Source: Escherichia phage Murica
DNA length: 64,000 bases
Sequence record: NC_041871.1
Direction: 5' to 3' (one strand)
The translations under genes were made by a program, and so were the position numbers. Positions 60,193-64,000 of this stretch are shown here, one piece after another; the stretch's first letter is position 1; every line of letters starts with the position of its first letter. The notes beneath the pieces are model-generated. The model made no database searches, was not told the origin of the DNA, and saw only the letters and a list, made by a program, of their open reading frames with translations.

Positions 60193-62929
60193 CTGTGATC
60201 TGGAATGGAACGCCCATCATTTTAGAAGCTTGCCAGAAGCAATGCACCACCATTTCACCCACAGGGCTCCAGATAAGTTCAAGCTTTCCGTCATCGTTCA
60301 GGATAGGATCGTACACCGTGTTTCCGTCTCTGTCAACCACTTCGTTTCCGTTTTCATCCTTGCGTGCCTTTTTGTACTTATGACCGTCAAACACATGAAG
60401 TTTGGCCTCCTGCTCTGCCTTAAATGCTTCCAATTCTTCAATTGTGTCGAAGGTGTACACAGTCTTATACTTAGGCGTGTCAGGGACCTGAAGTTGGTAC
60501 TCATCATGGTAATAAATAATACGACGAACACCTTCATCGTACCACCCACGCTTCACCATTTGGTGGTGCATGAGTATCCCAACTAAGTCACACAACGATG
60601 CACCACCATTTTGTTGGTATGCATTAAGTAAAGAGTGTTTAGATCGGGTCCAGATAGCATGACCATCAAAAGAGTAGATAAACTTCTTACCCGTTGCTTC
60701 CCAGAATTTCTCCAGATCCTCTTTACGCCCTTTAAGACCAGGGTTGGCATCCCAAAGCGCATCGATTACCCTTTGCCCCAACTCTGGGGAGATATCCAGC
60801 ATGTCTGCAACTTTATCTTTTTGTGCCCCATACATAACCCCGTACGTGATAGGTTTACCGTCGTTACGAGACACCTCTCTACCTGCTACTTTCGTATATG
60901 CCTCAGCATTGTTTTGGTGGGCATCCCCGTTACTTACAACATCGTAATACAGGCCGTTGTCGAACTCAAAGGCACCCCAAGCCCCGATAAGCTGCTCTAA
61001 GTTGGACCCGTCAATACCGATCTCAAAGTATCCTGGAGGAACACCCCACAGACTGCGCATCTCTTTACCCATAACCACTTTAGGAGATGGTTTAGGCATG
61101 TTTGCACAAATACTGTGTTTCTGTCGGGAAGTGTTTGTTAATCCAGAACTTTTAGCAGGAAGCTTATGGTCAATCTTCAAACGTGGGTGATTAAGAAGAC
61201 CAGTATCAACCTTATCCTCCTTGATTGGATCAAGGACCGATCTGCGGTTTCGCAATGATAACCACAAGACAATATCTTTAGCCATCTCTCCGTTCAATTT
61301 TTCAAGATTTGGGCATAGGTGTCCAAACGTATCTTTCAGCTGCGGAGAAGTAATAAGTGCTCTGGCTTTTCTACGTATTTTCCCGAATACTTCCTTTTTA
61401 ATCCTTTCGGAGTTAGGAAAGCTTCGGAACTTGTGCACGGTTGTCTGAAACTTAGCATCAGTTTTGTTCCAGAAGTTGATAATCAGGTCACAATACTCTG
61501 ACTCTAAAAGCTCGTCCATGTATGCATATACTCGTGCATCAACATCTGCATCAGGTAGAGCTTTCTTCTTGCTGTCTTTAGTTACATCCTTAGTTCTCCA
61601 CATTGTCGGAAGCCAACCAGCACTGATCAGGTATCGCTTAATGTCGTCCTGATTGCTGATTTTCATAGGTATCTTGCAGTCCGGCATTCGCTTCTGCTGT
61701 AGATCACTTATTGCCTGATCCATCAGCTCTTTAGGTAAAGGTTGTGGTGTGGAAGTGCCCTTAATATAGCCTCTCAAGAAATCAGCCATCTTATCAGGGT
61801 CTTTGCAGCCCATCTCTTCACACCATTTTATCCCCATCTTGCTGACATCTCCTGTGGAGGTAAATGCTCGCTTAGGCGGGGCTTTGAACTCCAAAGCACT
61901 CATGTCCACAGGATAGCCAAGCTTATCTTTTAACCATTTCCAACCATTGTTGGAGATTGTCCCATCTTGGTTAAACGGCTTTTCAGGGAACTTGGGCCGC
62001 TGAGACATTGACAGCTCTTTTAAAGGAAGTTGAGGTTCAACACGATCAGCGATTTCTTTCATCCACGCATCGCAACGGTCACGTAAAGCAATAGCTCCAT
62101 CTATGTCGAAGTATACACCCTGACGGGCCTGCAGCTCCATCAGGAAGTGCTGCAGCATGCCTCGGCGTAATGCGTTCTTCCAGGTGATTTTCTTGAACCC
62201 TTTCGGCTTCTCTTTGGCTGGATCGTACATAAAGTTCTGCATGTCAGATTTGCCGTAGAATACACCTTTTGATTCCGCTACCAGCTCTTTCCAGAGCAGC
62301 TCCTGGATGATAACGTCCTCGAATACACGATCCACATACTTCCACAACGGAAGATCGCGCCAGTCATCAATTTGAACTTTCTGGTTACCAAGGGCGTAGC
62401 CCCATGCCATAAGGCCGTGAGGACCAACAGGCTGCATTTTCTTAGTAACCGGGTTGAATACAGAGTCCGGACAACCTTTTGGTAAAGGGCGATCAGGCCA
62501 CAAGATTCTGCTCATCGCCAACGTATCAAACAGGTTAACCTGGTGGTCGTTGATAGTCCCCATGCATTTAGGATCACGGAACATATCAAAATGAATACCG
62601 GATAATCTTTCCATCAGCATAAAGTCATAACTGTAGCAGTTATGGCAGTTCAAAGCTGTTGGTGACCAGTCGGAATTGCCTGTAAGCCAACCTTCCAACT
62701 CCGAAAAATCTGCTATGCGAACTTCAAAATCTTTATGAAGAGTTTTCTTTGCCAGAATAAAGTTCTTAGCCTTCTCTATATCCTCTTCGGAGTAGTGTGT
62801 GCGGTCATTTAGAGGAAGGAACAGCATAAAACGGTTCTTATTCAGCTCTTTAAACAGGCCGCAGTGATAATAAAGATCTGGATCTTCCAGCAAACCGGAT
62901 GACTCAAAGTCGAACGACCACATGCTCAT
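60152..62929 (-). CDS. DNA polymerase, family A, with 3'-5' proofreading exonuclease
   Basis: 925 aa; exo motif SFDFESSG near N-terminus; motif B RNDGKPITYGVMYGA; motif C YYHDEYQ. Confidence 0.9.
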   Translation of the reverse strand: MSMWSFDFESSGLLEDPDLYYHCGLFKELNKNRFMLFLPLNDRTHYSEEDIEKAKNFILAKKTLHKDFEVRIADFSELEGWLTGNSDWSPTALNCHNCYSYDFMLMERLSGIHFDMFRDPKCMGTINDHQVNLFDTLAMSRILWPDRPLPKGCPDSVFNPVTKKMQPVGPHGLMAWGYALGNQKVQIDDWRDLPLWKYVDRVFEDVIIQELLWKELVAESKGVFYGKSDMQNFMYDPAKEKPKGFKKITWKNALRRGMLQHFLMELQARQGVYFDIDGAIALRDRCDAWMKEIADRVEPQLPLKELSMSQRPKFPEKPFNQDGTISNNGWKWLKDKLGYPVDMSALEFKAPPKRAFTSTGDVSKMGIKWCEEMGCKDPDKMADFLRGYIKGTSTPQPLPKELMDQAISDLQQKRMPDCKIPMKISNQDDIKRYLISAGWLPTMWRTKDVTKDSKKKALPDADVDARVYAYMDELLESEYCDLIINFWNKTDAKFQTTVHKFRSFPNSERIKKEVFGKIRRKARALITSPQLKDTFGHLCPNLEKLNGEMAKDIVLWLSLRNRRSVLDPIKEDKVDTGLLNHPRLKIDHKLPAKSSGLTNTSRQKHSICANMPKPSPKVVMGKEMRSLWGVPPGYFEIGIDGSNLEQLIGAWGAFEFDNGLYYDVVSNGDAHQNNAEAYTKVAGREVSRNDGKPITYGVMYGAQKDKVADMLDISPELGQRVIDALWDANPGLKGRKEDLEKFWEATGKKFIYSFDGHAIWTRSKHSLLNAYQQNGGASLCDLVGILMHHQMVKRGWYDEGVRRIIYYHDEYQLQVPDTPKYKTVYTFDTIEELEAFKAEQEAKLHVFDGHKYKKARKDENGNEVVDRDGNTVYDPILNDDGKLELIWSPVGEMVVHCFWQASKMMGVPFQITGEYLCGRNWGDCH

Positions 62930-62987
62930 ATACAGTTCTCCTTAAAGGGGAGGCGGTTGTACTACCCCTCCCACTCTTTGTTAAACA

Positions 62988-64000
62988 TTAAAAAGGTGTT
63001 TCATCATCCTCAAAACCAGGGACCGGATCAGAGGATGGATCATCGTATTGGAGGTCTTCCTGCGTGTCAATAGGCTTGACAGTGGGTGTTACAACCTTAT
63101 CAGCCACAACCTTGCCCATAGGTGTTTCTACAACTGCATGCTCCTGATCCTCAAACATAGCCTGAGGTCTCCAAACAACCTCCCCACCTTCTCCGTCTGT
63201 AAACATCTGCATTTCTTTGTCCCAGTACCAATTACTGGCATCATGGAACTTACCTGTATGCGGATCCATAACTAAAGTGTCAGCAATACCTAAAGTTTTT
63301 GCTGGACGGTTTTTAAGACCTACCAGACGGACACGTCCACGAGAACGATCCACCATTTCTTCGGCCTCGACACCTATGACTACCCAACTCAACTGTTCAA
63401 GCCCAGCCGATCCTCGCAAATTCTCTTTTCGCACAGGATACCAGAAAGGTAATGGGTTACCATCCTTGTCCTTAGGGGGCACAATCTCTGTACGTTTGAG
63501 GTGAGCGATCACCAAGATAAACACGTTAAACTGCTTACAAAACGCAGCCAGTTGGGTCATAGCCATGTCCAGTTCTTTTCGCTCATCCTTAACATTAAGC
63601 CCTGAAATTACCATGGACAGGTGATCCAGCACAATATAACGACAATGGTACAGGCAAACCATTTGCTTAAGCTTGGTAATCAACTCGTCCACTGGAATAG
63701 ACCCGAAATGTTTGAACACTTTGATTTTTCCAGCTTTTGCCCATGATTGGTGAATCTCTGCGTGTTCTTGATCAGTTAAAAACTGGCTAGGATCTTCAAC
63801 AAACTCTTTAACATCAAACCCTAACTGGTTTGCATACAAGGAGTTAATTGCTTCCTCTGGGTCCTCCTCAAGATGAATCATGCATAGACGATCATCCTCT
63901 TCATAGTCATCGGCCTTCGGGCATGTCGGGTCCATTAGGTATCTTGCAATACAGTGTTCCAGTTTTTTAGCCACGGTTGTTTTACCGCCGCCTGATGGAC
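62988..64000 (-). CDS. DnaB-like replicative helicase, partial (N-terminus beyond window end)
   Basis: Reading frame continues upstream of ATG 63974 through Walker A SGGGKTT to the window edge; Walker B IVLDHLS; acidic C-terminus ending DDETPF. Confidence 0.75.
   Translation of the reverse strand, partial: PSGGGKTTVAKKLEHCIARYLMDPTCPKADDYEEDDRLCMIHLEEDPEEAINSLYANQLGFDVKEFVEDPSQFLTDQEHAEIHQSWAKAGKIKVFKHFGSIPVDELITKLKQMVCLYHCRYIVLDHLSMVISGLNVKDERKELDMAMTQLAAFCKQFNVFILVIAHLKRTEIVPPKDKDGNPLPFWYPVRKENLRGSAGLEQLSWVVIGVEAEEMVDRSRGRVRLVGLKNRPAKTLGIADTLVMDPHTGKFHDASNWYWDKEMQMFTDGEGGEVVWRPQAMFEDQEHAVVETPMGKVVADKVVTPTVKPIDTQEDLQYDDPSSDPVPGFEDDETPF

Overview
The window reads as a 64-kb internal segment of a large virulent tailed dsDNA phage of a Gram-negative (probably enterobacterial) host; no structural or packaging genes are present. 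The calls rest on motif reading by eye, not on database searches. It holds two convergent gene blocks. The plus-strand block (1.5-38.3 kb) carries a nucleotide-metabolism and DNA-transaction set: Rnl1-type RNA ligase, sirtuin, MazG-like protein, DNA ligase, lambda R-type endolysin, FEN nuclease, RuvC-like and EndoVII-like nucleases, DEDD exonuclease, two N6-adenine methyltransferases, dNMP kinase, HAD nucleotidase, ThyX-like enzyme, NrdA/NrdB/glutaredoxin/NrdD/NrdG, PhoH and a ClpP-like protein. It ends in a long array of small acidic ORFs, many of them diverged paralogs. The minus-strand block (40.8-64 kb) carries many small single-gene units, a TARG1-like macrodomain, an SSB ending DDDIPF, a family-A DNA polymerase and a DnaB-like helicase that runs off the window end. 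At the left edge, a divergently transcribed kinase and metallophosphatase pair sits beside the RNA ligase, forming a candidate RNA-repair module. The most unusual content is non-coding: a 2.5-kb gap where the two blocks converge, holding eight tandem iterons, a 262-bp dyad-rich element bounded by 20-bp direct repeats, and five same-strand copies of CCTGAAGAG; and a 1.1-kb ORF-free island (51.1-52.2 kb) with two Fur-box-like palindromes and other repeats. Consensus sigma70 promoters and intrinsic terminators are frequent throughout, and two short regulatory modules are each reused three times in the minus block.
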